The translations under genes and the position numbers were made by a program. A DNA stretch of 29,779 bases from a virus (Duplodnaviria; Caudoviricetes), in IMG/VR virus record IMGVR_UViG_3300032321_000815, positions 1 through 29,779 of that record. The stretch is one strand, 5' to 3'. The notes beneath the pieces were generated by a model. The model ran no database searches and was not told where the DNA came from. It worked only from the letters and a program-made list of their open reading frames with translations. Shown one piece after another: positions 7,959-16,135 of this stretch; position 1 is the first letter of the stretch, and every line of letters starts with the position of its first letter.

Positions 7959-7986
7959 ACTGTACAAACGATCAGCAGTTGGTCAA
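7959..7986 (-). promoter_or_regulatory. Putative sigma70-type promoter of the early operon
   Basis: TTGACC-N16-TACAGT on the minus strand; overlaps the palindrome GTCAAA-N5-TTTGAC (7982-7998). Confidence 0.45.
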
Positions 7987-8075
7987 ACGTTTTTTGACGC
8001 GTGGCGCTCGGGCGATACAAGCAGTTGGGGAGTCGAAATCTTCCCGTGTCTCGTTTCCGTGAAATGGGATACAGG

Positions 8076-8147
8076 CTAAGTGTCTAGGCCAACCGAAAGA
8101 ATCTTCGCCAGGACGATCAGCAGCTCGAACCACAGCTCGGCGTTCAT
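8076..8147 (-). CDS. 23-aa hydrophobic peptide (absent from the ORF track)
   Basis: AAGGAGG-N6-ATG; MNAELWFELLIVLAKILSVGLDT*. Confidence 0.6.
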   Translation of the reverse strand: MNAELWFELLIVLAKILSVGLDT

Positions 8148-8204
8148 GTCGTGCCTCCTTGCACTGGTGACCACACCGTCGAAGTCATCCATGACGCGAC
8201 GGGG

Positions 8205-8259
8205 AGGATAAACACGTTATCGTGAAATGGTCAAGAGGGAATCCAGAAAATCGTGAAAT
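8205..8259 (-). promoter_or_regulatory. Putative promoter with operator-like direct repeats
   Basis: TTGACC (8234-8229)-N18-TATCCT (8210-8205); ATCGTGAAAT at 8219-8228 and 8250-8259, CGTGAAATGG also at 8058-8067. Confidence 0.45.
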
Positions 8260-8290
8260 CCCATGGTTCAGGCCGGAAAGACGGGCTTCG

Positions 8291-8536
8291 TCAGTCTTGC
8301 TGGGTGCCCTTGCGTGGCCGGCCGCCGCGCTTTTTCTTGGTCGCGGAGGCTTCCTTGTTCCGCTTCTTGATCTCGTGGAGGAAATAGTAGACCCGCCTGG
8401 GCGACTCCACGATCTTCGTCAGCTCTCCGCGTCGGCCCCAGTGCCGAATGTTGCTCGGGTCGATGTCGAGCAGCTCGCCCGCCTCGTCTGCGGTCAGCAC
8501 GGGCTTGCGGGTGCCTGGGTCGATGAACACTGCCAT
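8291..8536 (-). CDS. MerR/excisionase-like HTH protein with AT-hook-like tail
   Basis: VLTADEAGELLDIDPSNIRHWGRRGEL; C-terminal KKRGGRPRK; divergent from the integrase across attP. Confidence 0.75.
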   Translation of the reverse strand: MAVFIDPGTRKPVLTADEAGELLDIDPSNIRHWGRRGELTKIVESPRRVYYFLHEIKKRNKEASATKKKRGGRPRKGTQQD

Positions 8537-8570
8537 ACCTCGAAGGTAGTCGGGCCAACCTCCGAATCAA

Positions 8571-8599
8571 CCGGCCGGCGTTTGCCTTCGCCGGGCCGG
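8571..8599 (-). terminator. Putative terminator hairpin downstream of the tRNA-like att core
   Basis: CCGGCCCGGCG-AAGGCAAA-CGCCGGCCGG followed by TTGATT on the minus strand. Confidence 0.4.
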
Positions 8600-8628
8600 C
8601 TGCGGAGAGTTGGAGATAGGGAATGTCG

Positions 8629-8662
8629 AGTGGAGGCGAGGGGAGTCGAACCCTCCCCTCGC
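8629..8662 (-). mobile_element. Putative attP core: 3' end of tmRNA/tRNA-Ala (T-arm plus acceptor strand)
   Basis: Minus strand GGGTTCGACTCCCCTCGCCTCCA; perfect 10-bp inverted repeat GCGAGGGGAG (8636-8645) / CTCCCCTCGC (8653-8662) around a 7-bp spacer; immediately upstream of the integrase. Confidence 0.75.
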
Positions 8663-8719
8663 GTGTGTGATGGCATTCAGTACACTACAAGGCATGGAAG
8701 CCATGAAAGGAAGAAAGCC

Positions 8720-9637
8720 ATGCCGATGCCGATCCGCGATCTATTCGATCGCTACACCGTCCTAAAGAGGCTCGACTCGAAGACCGTCTCGCTCTACTCA
8801 CAACTCGCTGACCGACTCGACCGATTCTTCGGGCGACCGGCGACCACGTCCGACCTGGATGATCTAGCCGTGAGCCGGTATCTCCGTTGGCGAACCGACA
8901 CGCTGGGGTTCCGCGGACGACTGCCGTCGCCGGCCACCGTGCGGAAGGATCAGAACATGATCCAGGCTGCGTGGAGGTACGCGGCCCGTAAGAGAATCGC
9001 ACTGGAGTTTCCCGACCTCGCGCCCGTGAAGGTGCCGAAGAGGATCCCGACGGGCCGGGCCTACACGATCGCCGACGTGTCAGCGTTGGTCCGCCGCGCC
9101 AAACGTCGATACGGGAAGACTGGCGGCCTGCCGTCGTCCTGGTGGTGGTCGACGATCATCTACGCCGCAGTCACGACGGGCGAGCGGTTCACCGCCCTTT
9201 CGAGTGTCCGCTGGGCCGACGTGGACCTCGAGCGGCGTCGGATCATCTTCCGAGGCGAGAACAGAAAAGGACGGACGCGAGACATCGAGCGGCAGATCAC
9301 CGCCGAGCTTGCCGACATGCTCGCCCAGCAGCGACGCGGACCTGGCGACCTGGTCTGGCCGTGGGACCGCCGCAGCCGCAGCCAGTGGGCCTCGCTCCAG
9401 GTTCTGTGTCGGACGGCTGGCGTCCAGTATCGAGGCTTCCACGGGTTCCGCCGGACGGCCGCCAGTTACGCGGCCCTCATGGGCGGCCGGGCCGCGGCGA
9501 CGCGGCTCCTAGATCACTCCGACCCTAATCTCCAGGCCGTCTACGTTGACCCGTTGATCTGCCCGAGCGAGGAGAGCTCTTGCTCGGCGTTGCCGCCGCT
9601 CGACCTGGAGGAGAAGGCCCCGACCCCGGCGGTCTGA
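8720..9637 (+). CDS. int: Tyrosine recombinase / phage integrase (305 aa)
   Basis: Catalytic set TGER, RKGR, FHGFRR, LDHS, AVY; ATG at 8720 with purine-rich RBS. Confidence 0.9.
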   Translation: MPMPIRDLFDRYTVLKRLDSKTVSLYSQLADRLDRFFGRPATTSDLDDLAVSRYLRWRTDTLGFRGRLPSPATVRKDQNMIQAAWRYAARKRIALEFPDLAPVKVPKRIPTGRAYTIADVSALVRRAKRRYGKTGGLPSSWWWSTIIYAAVTTGERFTALSSVRWADVDLERRRIIFRGENRKGRTRDIERQITAELADMLAQQRRGPGDLVWPWDRRSRSQWASLQVLCRTAGVQYRGFHGFRRTAASYAALMGGRAAATRLLDHSDPNLQAVYVDPLICPSEESSCSALPPLDLEEKAPTPAV

Positions 9638-10051
9638 TCACCGGGCCGCGACCCGGCACTCCTGGTGGCAGGCCGCATATCCCGCGATGTCGATCCCGCC
9701 GTCGTCGGTGGCCGCTGCCCCGAGCTGCCGCGAGACCTTGTCGAGGATCATCACGAGGGCCCAGTCGGACGCCGTGAACTTCGTCCCAAAGGCGGAGTTG
9801 ACCATCGCAGCCGTCCTGGCGAAGTGTTCCGCCGGCGGCCCGTACTTGCCGTGCCGGTCGCGGACGGCGGCGATCGACTGCTCCAGCATTTGCTCGGCCG
9901 CTGTTCTCGTTTCCATCATGTGTCGCTCCTTCAGTTCTCGGATCATGGTCAGAGCGAACGAGGCTAGAGAACCTCCCGTGCCAGTCCAGCAGTTTGCCGA
10001 ACCGAGCCGGCGGCAGAGCTGCTCGGCGGCCTGGAGGTCGGCTTCAGTCAT
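9638..10051 (-). CDS. DUF6378-like protein with N-terminal extension
   Basis: RHGKYGPPAEHFARTAAM...VMILDKVSR...DIAGYAAC pattern. Confidence 0.7.
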   Translation of the reverse strand: MTEADLQAAEQLCRRLGSANCWTGTGGSLASFALTMIRELKERHMMETRTAAEQMLEQSIAAVRDRHGKYGPPAEHFARTAAMVNSAFGTKFTASDWALVMILDKVSRQLGAAATDDGGIDIAGYAACHQECRVAAR

Positions 10052-10331
10052 GGAGTCGATACGTTAGCGACCACAGGATCCGCGAGAGGTCACGACCGGC
10101 AGAGAGGACGACGGACTCGTCTAGGTCCGGGAACAGTTGGTGGAGGGCCTCGTGACACTCCGTCTCCAGCCGGGCCCGGCCGCGGAGCCGCGAGTCGATC
10201 AACACCTTCCGCTCGAGGTGTGGGCTTCGCTCGTCCGGCGTGATCGACCAGCCAGCGGCCCGGCCCCGGAGGCGAGCGTAGCGCCACAGGACGCGGACGC
10301 CGCGGATCAGGAAGTGGTGATCCTCGCTCAC
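10044..10331 (-). CDS. Small HExxH (zinc metallopeptidase-like) protein (95 aa)
   Basis: GTGA overlap with the upstream gene; VLIDSRL...ETECHEALH motif. Confidence 0.65.
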   Translation of the reverse strand: MSEDHHFLIRGVRVLWRYARLRGRAAGWSITPDERSPHLERKVLIDSRLRGRARLETECHEALHQLFPDLDESVVLSAGRDLSRILWSLTYRLHD

Positions 10332-11557
10332 GCCAACCTCCCGAGCTCGACCGGAGGCCCGGCGACGTGCATCGCGTGGAGTCCTCCGTCGGGCCTGTAG
10401 ACGTAGAGCTCCATCGCACGCCGGCTGCCGACGAATCCGCTCACCGCGTGCCAGTCGTCGGCAGGGCATAGGGCCGGGGCGATCCGCACGAGGACCCCGT
10501 CGATCGTCTCGATCGGCCGCTGCCACTCGGCGGCCTGGTGGTGAAGGTGGCCGGTGTGGATCTCCCGGTATGGGCAACGCGACCAAGCGGACGCGGCCTC
10601 GTGGCTCATGAGCTGCGGCAGCCGCCGCTTGGCCCGGTGGCCGTGAACGAACCCAAGGAGGTTTCCGCCCTCGGTCAAGTATTTCCGCGGGGTGAACGTC
10701 GAGTCGACGGAGACTCGCTTACTCTTCGCGTAGCGTTCGACTGCGATCCGGTGGAATGCCCAGGTCAGCGTCTCGTCGTGGTTCCCGTTCACGACGAGCA
10801 CGTCGGCCGGAGCCACCGAGGCCGCTCCGTCGACGACCTGGAGGAGAGCCTCCGTCCCGACGCTGATCATCTTCTGGATCCGGCCGTCGCGTTCAAGCGG
10901 CGTCCCCGATGTCGTGGTCCCAGACGGAGTGTCGTAGTGGAAAAGGTCGCCGAGCCCGGCGACGGTGATCCTGCCGGGCGAGTAGCCGGTCGCGACATCG
11001 AGCAGCTCGGCCGACGAGTCGCCAACCAGCCGGGCCGCGATGTCGAGGTCGTAGTCGGCCTCGCCGGTCGACTTGCCCCAGGCGTACTTCCCGAAGTGGG
11101 TGTCGGCGACGACCAGGACGGCCCAGGGCTTGTCCGCGGTTCGCGAACTGCGAACGTGTTTCCATTTTCCAGAATGTGGAACAGGTCGCCGGATCGTGTC
11201 GCCGGCGGCGACGATCATCGCCTCGACCAGCTCCTCGGCCTTCGGCCCGGCCTTCGGCCGCAACCGCACGAACACCCGGAAGAGCTCGGTCACGACCGGA
11301 TCGCCGGTCTGCCTGTCTGCCGTCAGCCCCTCCCACTTTGTCGCCTCGGAGGCCGCGACCTCGAACCGCGTCAGGTCTGCTTCGATGTGGCGGAGAAGAT
11401 CCTCGACCGTGCGGATCGTCCGCGAGACGCTGCGGGCCTCCAGGTTGTCGCCTGCGGCCTTCTTCGTTACCTCCTCGATCGTCAGGCCGTCGCCGCCTGC
11501 CGCCTTCGTGGCGGCCTTCCTGGCGACGCGGTCGGCTAGTCTCGACGGGCGAGCCAT
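10328..11557 (-). CDS. Calcineurin-like metallophosphoesterase
   Basis: DTHFG, GDLFH, GNHD, HGH and GHLHH motifs in canonical order. Confidence 0.85.
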   Translation of the reverse strand: MARPSRLADRVARKAATKAAGGDGLTIEEVTKKAAGDNLEARSVSRTIRTVEDLLRHIEADLTRFEVAASEATKWEGLTADRQTGDPVVTELFRVFVRLRPKAGPKAEELVEAMIVAAGDTIRRPVPHSGKWKHVRSSRTADKPWAVLVVADTHFGKYAWGKSTGEADYDLDIAARLVGDSSAELLDVATGYSPGRITVAGLGDLFHYDTPSGTTTSGTPLERDGRIQKMISVGTEALLQVVDGAASVAPADVLVVNGNHDETLTWAFHRIAVERYAKSKRVSVDSTFTPRKYLTEGGNLLGFVHGHRAKRRLPQLMSHEAASAWSRCPYREIHTGHLHHQAAEWQRPIETIDGVLVRIAPALCPADDWHAVSGFVGSRRAMELYVYRPDGGLHAMHVAGPPVELGRLA

Positions 11558-11784
11558 ACGCGTAGCCCTTGGGGTCCGCAGAGGTCGTATCCGCTCGCCG
11601 CGGCTTCCTCGATCAGCAGGTCCGCCAGGGCGGACGCGGAGGTCTGAATCTCGCCGGAATGAAACCGGCGGCGTACCTCGAGGAGCTCGGCCTGGGCCTC
11701 GGGGGAGAGGCGATCGAAGAACGACTTTGGCCCAGGCCTGAGAGACGCGACGCGGTCAGCGAGACGGTCGGCGAGCGACGGCAT
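11536..11784 (-). CDS. Hypothetical protein (82 aa)
   Basis: GGAGG RBS; overlaps the start of the phosphoesterase. Confidence 0.7.
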   Translation of the reverse strand: MPSLADRLADRVASLRPGPKSFFDRLSPEAQAELLEVRRRFHSGEIQTSASALADLLIEEAAASGYDLCGPQGLRVWLARRD

Positions 11785-11839
11785 ACGGGCCTCCGTGTCA
11801 CGAGCGGCGGCCGTCCTGGGCCGCGGGCCTTACCCTACG

Positions 11840-12175
11840 CTATGGGGTCCCCGGATCAATCTCGGCCGGGGCCGTAGTTCCGGGCGGCAGGCCGAGCCAT
11901 TTCGCCCCGGCCTCGTTCAGCCAGGCGGCCCGCTCGCCGCAGCCGCAGGGGCCGCCGACCACGGCCTCGACTCGCTCCTTCGTGATCCCGATCGCGGCGA
12001 GCCCGGAGGCGACGTAGTCGCCCAAGCCGGGCTTGGCCCTCGGATATGCCGGGTGATGCTCGTCGACAGTGAGCGTGTCGCCGTCCTGCCTCACGATGCA
12101 CGTTCGCACATCGTGGAGCGTATATCCTCGTTCGCGGCAGCGTTGTTCAAGGTGTGAAACGTGACAGATGATCAT
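11840..12175 (-). CDS. Hypothetical phage protein (111 aa) with GLGD...CGC..R motif
   Basis: ATGA coupling to the upstream gene; GLGDYVASGLAAIGIT...CGCGERAAWLN. Confidence 0.7.
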   Translation of the reverse strand: MIICHVSHLEQRCRERGYTLHDVRTCIVRQDGDTLTVDEHHPAYPRAKPGLGDYVASGLAAIGITKERVEAVVGGPCGCGERAAWLNEAGAKWLGLPPGTTAPAEIDPGTP

Positions 12176-13056
12176 GGAAGCGGATTTAGGTCACGGCACT
12201 GCCTGCGGCCAAATCGTATGGTCGTGGCGAAGGAGTCCGACAAACAGTCGAAGTTGCTTAGGCCGACCGAATAAGAAGGGTCCGAGGTGTTGTTCGAGTT
12301 TTCGTCTAGCTCGCTCTCCCATGCGCCAAGGCTTGTTCCTGACTGCGAAACGGTCAGGTCGAGCGGAAAAAAATCGGCGGGAGGAAGTAGCCGGACGGCG
12401 TTGTCAGATTCGTAGTCGCACTTTCTGTCCAACTGCTCGACACCACAAACCCTGTCTATCGGAAAGAGTAAACTTCGCGTGCGTCGACGAAAGTAAACTT
12501 GCCCTGCGCTCTGCCTGTAGATTGTCACAAACGTGATAATTCTAGCGAACAGGTCCATCTGAACTGTCGGAACACTTGAAATAAACCTACACTGTAATCC
12601 TGATATTACGGTGGCCCCGTTGTACCGAGCCTCTGGGTATCCCGAACAGTTGGCGTAGCCAAAGCTACCAACCGCCATAGATAAACCGATCCCGAGGTTT
12701 CCAGTAGAAGTATAGAACCCTGACTGGTTGTTTATGTTTGCGTCACTCAGTCTTTTCTCTCGCGTTGCTATCACGTCTACGCCAAAACCACCGAGCGAAC
12801 ACGAGGAGTCGCATGTGTCAAACCGACAAATGTCGTGAACGTGAGACGTGTTAGTGTATGACTGCCCAGGACAAACTCCGTAGGTCTTATTGAAAAGCGT
12901 CGCATTTTGTCCGTTGCATGACTGATTTACCGAAGCCCCAATCCAGACGTCACTTGCCAGAACCTGCGGCGACAGGATCTGCATTGTGTAGCTACACCAG
13001 TCCGGGCAGATCGTGCAGTTGCTCGGGCAGCAGCCACACCCAGGCAGTAAGACCAT
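12172..13056 (-). CDS. Cysteine-rich, low-GC protein at the end of the tail module (candidate receptor-binding protein)
   Basis: TGATG overlap at 13056; begins MVLLPGCGCCPSNCTICPDWC; body visibly more AT-rich than the genome. Confidence 0.65.
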   Translation of the reverse strand: MVLLPGCGCCPSNCTICPDWCSYTMQILSPQVLASDVWIGASVNQSCNGQNATLFNKTYGVCPGQSYTNTSHVHDICRFDTCDSSCSLGGFGVDVIATREKRLSDANINNQSGFYTSTGNLGIGLSMAVGSFGYANCSGYPEARYNGATVISGLQCRFISSVPTVQMDLFARIITFVTIYRQSAGQVYFRRRTRSLLFPIDRVCGVEQLDRKCDYESDNAVRLLPPADFFPLDLTVSQSGTSLGAWESELDENSNNTSDPSYSVGLSNFDCLSDSFATTIRFGRRQCRDLNPLP

Positions 13057-13397
13057 CACGAGCACTCCGCGGCGATCAGATAATATGACCCGTTCACGCC
13101 TCGCGCCACGATCACCCACTTCCCGGTCGCCACGTTCGCGAACTTGTTGACGCATCCAGTCAGCGTCGCGCCGGAGGTCTGGGTCTCGCTCCCTGCCGTG
13201 CCGCTTTCCCAGACGTTGATCGTCGCGGTCGTGCCCTTCGTCCAGGTGGCCGAGGTCTTTCCGAGACGCACAGGATCGTCGTCCCCTACATCGCGAAACA
13301 TGATCCCAGGCATGTCGCGATTACCGGCCTCGTAGGCCTTCGTCGCCGCGATCACGCGACGAGCGCCGTCTTCGGAGAATGTTACGGGCTTGGTCAT
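13056..13397 (-). CDS. Putative tail-tip protein (113 aa)
   Basis: Coupled to neighbours; beta-rich; ends YYLIAAECS. Confidence 0.6.
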   Translation of the reverse strand: MTKPVTFSEDGARRVIAATKAYEAGNRDMPGIMFRDVGDDDPVRLGKTSATWTKGTTATINVWESGTAGSETQTSGATLTGCVNKFANVATGKWVIVARGVNGSYYLIAAECS

Positions 13398-14287
13398 GCG
13401 ATGAAGACCGGCGTCCCGAAACCGGTCGTGAAGTCGGCGGTCTCGTAGATGTCGACGCCAGCGCCTCCGTTTATTACGCCTGGCTTCTGTCCCGCCGTCT
13501 TCTTCGTTCCGTCACTGTTGAGCGCGACCGGCTGCTTCACCGGCCTCCCGTCGGATCCGGTGATTGTCTTCCGCTCACCGCTAACCAGCTCCGTAAATCC
13601 AACGTCCCACGGCTTACACTTCCAGGTGTCGGGTTCGTAGCGAAACTCCCAGTGGGCCTCGATGTAGTCGAGCGTCGTCCCGTCGTTCGCTCCGTCGAGC
13701 TTTGAGACGCTGACCTTCTTCGCGCTCTTCAGATAACACTTGACCGTTTTTGCAGCGTAGTTGCTCCAGCTCGCGCTGTTCACTTTGCCGGCGTATGCCC
13801 CAGCCGCGGACCCGAATGCCGCGTCCGTCGCGTAGCACTTCACCAGCGACCAGGCGACCTCCTCTCGCTCTCGCTCCAGGCCCTCGAGCGGATCGCCTGC
13901 CGCGTTTGTGATCGACACGTTGCTCGTGTCGCGGAACACGGGGACAGTCGAGGTCCCGCCGCTTCTCTCCCAGGAGTCCTTCGGGATCCCCGAGGACTGC
14001 GGCGTCTTCGCGGCAGGAGGAACGTAGTATCTGACGGTGAACATCCACCGCATCCCCTCGCGGCCTTCGGAGTCAAGCGTGAACTCCATCGCCTTCAGCG
14101 CGGAGAACTCGGGGTGCGAGGCACCCCAGACGATCCCGCCGGTCGCGAGCGTCTGAAGGATCTCGAGGCGGGTCGTCGTCGGCGAGTCGACGCGGACCTG
14201 CCAGCGTTCCGTGGCCTGGAGCGATTCGGCAAACTTGCCAGACAGGCTCGCCCCGTCGAGGATCCGCTGGTAGGAGACGACAGCCAT
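13394..14287 (-). CDS. Putative distal tail / tail-tip protein (297 aa)
   Basis: Immediately follows the tape measure gene; call is based on position only. Confidence 0.6.
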   Translation of the reverse strand: MAVVSYQRILDGASLSGKFAESLQATERWQVRVDSPTTTRLEILQTLATGGIVWGASHPEFSALKAMEFTLDSEGREGMRWMFTVRYYVPPAAKTPQSSGIPKDSWERSGGTSTVPVFRDTSNVSITNAAGDPLEGLEREREEVAWSLVKCYATDAAFGSAAGAYAGKVNSASWSNYAAKTVKCYLKSAKKVSVSKLDGANDGTTLDYIEAHWEFRYEPDTWKCKPWDVGFTELVSGERKTITGSDGRPVKQPVALNSDGTKKTAGQKPGVINGGAGVDIYETADFTTGFGTPVFIA

Positions 14288-14289
14288 GG

Positions 14290-15810
14290 CTAGTTGAAAT
14301 CCGCGACTGAGAAGGCTTCTTCACCCGTATTGGCGGCGATCTCCTGGAGGACGGAGAGCTGCTGCTCCTGCACGTCACCGGCTCCGCCTCGCATGATCCG
14401 GAACATCTCGGCGATCCCTTCGGTCGACCTCGAGTCGATACCCTTGATCGCCTGGGCCACGTCGACAACGACGGTCTGATTCAGCTCGACGGGCTTCTTC
14501 GACGCTTCGTCGACGGAGTTTGCCGCGGCCTCCGCCGCCGCGATCGACGCGTCGAGCGATGTCACCAGCGGACCGGCAATAGCCTGTCCGACGTTCGGAG
14601 CGTTGTCGGCGAACGCGGCATCAAAACCGGCTTGCATCTGCTCGACGTTCGTCGTGATCCCGTCAGAGATTGATTGATTGAATGCCGAGGCCCCGGCGAC
14701 GACGGCGTCGAGCGTCGACGTGTCGAATCCGAGATATGAGCCGATCTCCTTCGCCACCGTGGCGAGACCCTCAAAGGCCCCACTGAATCCGAGGACGATC
14801 ATCCCGAGCCCGGCCTGGGCTCCGTTGAACACGCCTGACAGGAAGGAGGCCGTCCGATTCATGAGGTCGCCAACGCCGCCCCACTGCTGGCCGACCTGCG
14901 ACAGATAGGAGAACGTCGATCCGAAGTTAGCGATCAGGTAGTCGCCGATCCCGGCCAGGAATCTTGCCCCCTGAAGGATCCCGTCGCCGATCGCCTGCCC
15001 GATGTTCGCCCCGCCAATGTCTCCGACCAGGGTCGTAAACTGCTCGGAGATCGCGGTGATCGCCGGGGCGAGGTACGCGACGACCTGTTGGACGACTCCC
15101 TCGATCGACTTTGCGACCATAGTGAACGAGTCGTTCATCGCTTCAACATTCTGGCCCTGGGCGTTTGTGAGCGTCAGACCAAGCCGCTCGGCCTGCTCTC
15201 GAGCGGCCGCGATCCCTTCGGCTCCGCCGGAGAAGAGCGGAAGCAGCTCGGCCCCGGCCTTGCCGAATATCCGGACGGCGGCCGCGGCACGCTGAGCCTC
15301 GGTCGGCAAGGCAGCGATAGACGCCGCGATAGCGTCGAACCGTTCAGACGCCGACATTCCGTTGAGCTGCTCGACCGACAGGCCGAGCCCGGCGAAGGCG
15401 GCCGTCGCCACCTTCGATCCGCCGGCCGCGTTCGCGAACGCGATCTCGGCCTTCTGTGAGGCCTTGCCAATCGTATCCATTGAGACGCCGGCGAGGTCGG
15501 CCGCGAGCGACAGGCCCGCAAACTCCCCGTAAGTCATGCCCAGACGGGCGGCGAGTTTGCTCGCGTTGTCGACTACGTCGGCCTGGGCCTGCCCGAACGA
15601 GACGAGACTCCGCACGCTCGAGATCGCCGCGGAGGCGACCGAGGCGAAGAGCTGCGTCGCGTTGATCGCGACGAGCGTCCGCATTGAAGACTCCAGACCC
15701 TTCGTGTCGGACTGGAGGCTACGGAACGACGAGGAGGCGGCCTTCACTCCGGACGTCAGTCCGGACGTGCTCGCGGTGAATACGGCTGACACTTTTCCGA
15801 TCGACGCCAC
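14290..15810 (-). CDS. Tail tape measure protein (506 aa)
   Basis: Ala/Gly-rich helical protein after the chaperone pair; IFGKAGAELLPL motif. Confidence 0.85.
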   Translation of the reverse strand: MASIGKVSAVFTASTSGLTSGVKAASSSFRSLQSDTKGLESSMRTLVAINATQLFASVASAAISSVRSLVSFGQAQADVVDNASKLAARLGMTYGEFAGLSLAADLAGVSMDTIGKASQKAEIAFANAAGGSKVATAAFAGLGLSVEQLNGMSASERFDAIAASIAALPTEAQRAAAAVRIFGKAGAELLPLFSGGAEGIAAAREQAERLGLTLTNAQGQNVEAMNDSFTMVAKSIEGVVQQVVAYLAPAITAISEQFTTLVGDIGGANIGQAIGDGILQGARFLAGIGDYLIANFGSTFSYLSQVGQQWGGVGDLMNRTASFLSGVFNGAQAGLGMIVLGFSGAFEGLATVAKEIGSYLGFDTSTLDAVVAGASAFNQSISDGITTNVEQMQAGFDAAFADNAPNVGQAIAGPLVTSLDASIAAAEAAANSVDEASKKPVELNQTVVVDVAQAIKGIDSRSTEGIAEMFRIMRGGAGDVQEQQLSVLQEIAANTGEEAFSVADFN

Positions 15811-15811
15811 A

Positions 15812-16135
15812 CTAGCCTCCTTCCCTGGTCCAGCCCTTCAGCTTCTCCGCGATCTCGTCCTGGGTCATCTCCCGGTCCGGGTCATAGTTCGGCAGGAAGA
15901 GATCCACAAAGTCGGACCCCGGCTTCGCACCGAGGGCCGCGATCGTGAACATCGTCTCCCTTGCCGTCCGGAGCCAGTCCTCGCCGAATGGCTCGACGCG
16001 GTAGTACGCGATCCACTTGTGGAGCTGGTCGAGCGTCAGTTCGCGTTTCCATTGTTCGACGTTCCCGATCCCTAGGTGGGCCGCCAGACGGTAGACGAAT
16101 CGCTCGACTCGTCCCGTCTGGCTTCTTAGTTTTTT
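15812..16135 (-). CDS. Tail assembly chaperone extension (gpGT-like), reached by -1 frameshift
   Basis: -1 frame open from the slippery site; WIAYYRVEPFG motif; ends 1 nt before the tape measure start. Confidence 0.75.
   Translation of the reverse strand, partial: KKLRSQTGRVERFVYRLAAHLGIGNVEQWKRELTLDQLHKWIAYYRVEPFGEDWLRTARETMFTIAALGAKPGSDFVDLFLPNYDPDREMTQDEIAEKLKGWTREGG

Noticed and set aside
8629-8700. Complete tRNA or tmRNA gene
   Set aside because: Only the T-arm and 3' acceptor strand are present; I found no matching 5' acceptor strand, D-arm or anticodon arm.
8222-8719. Long N-terminal extension of the integrase in the ORF track
   Set aside because: It overlaps the minus-strand HTH gene and attP; the ATG at 8720 has an RBS and gives a normal-sized integrase.
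8720-9637. Integrase as an integron integrase (IntI)
   Set aside because: The segment between the catalytic Lys and patch III is too short for the IntI insertion, and the gene sits beside a tRNA-type attP.
12172-13056. Diversity-generating retroelement target
   Set aside because: No reverse transcriptase and no TR/VR repeat pair were seen in the window.
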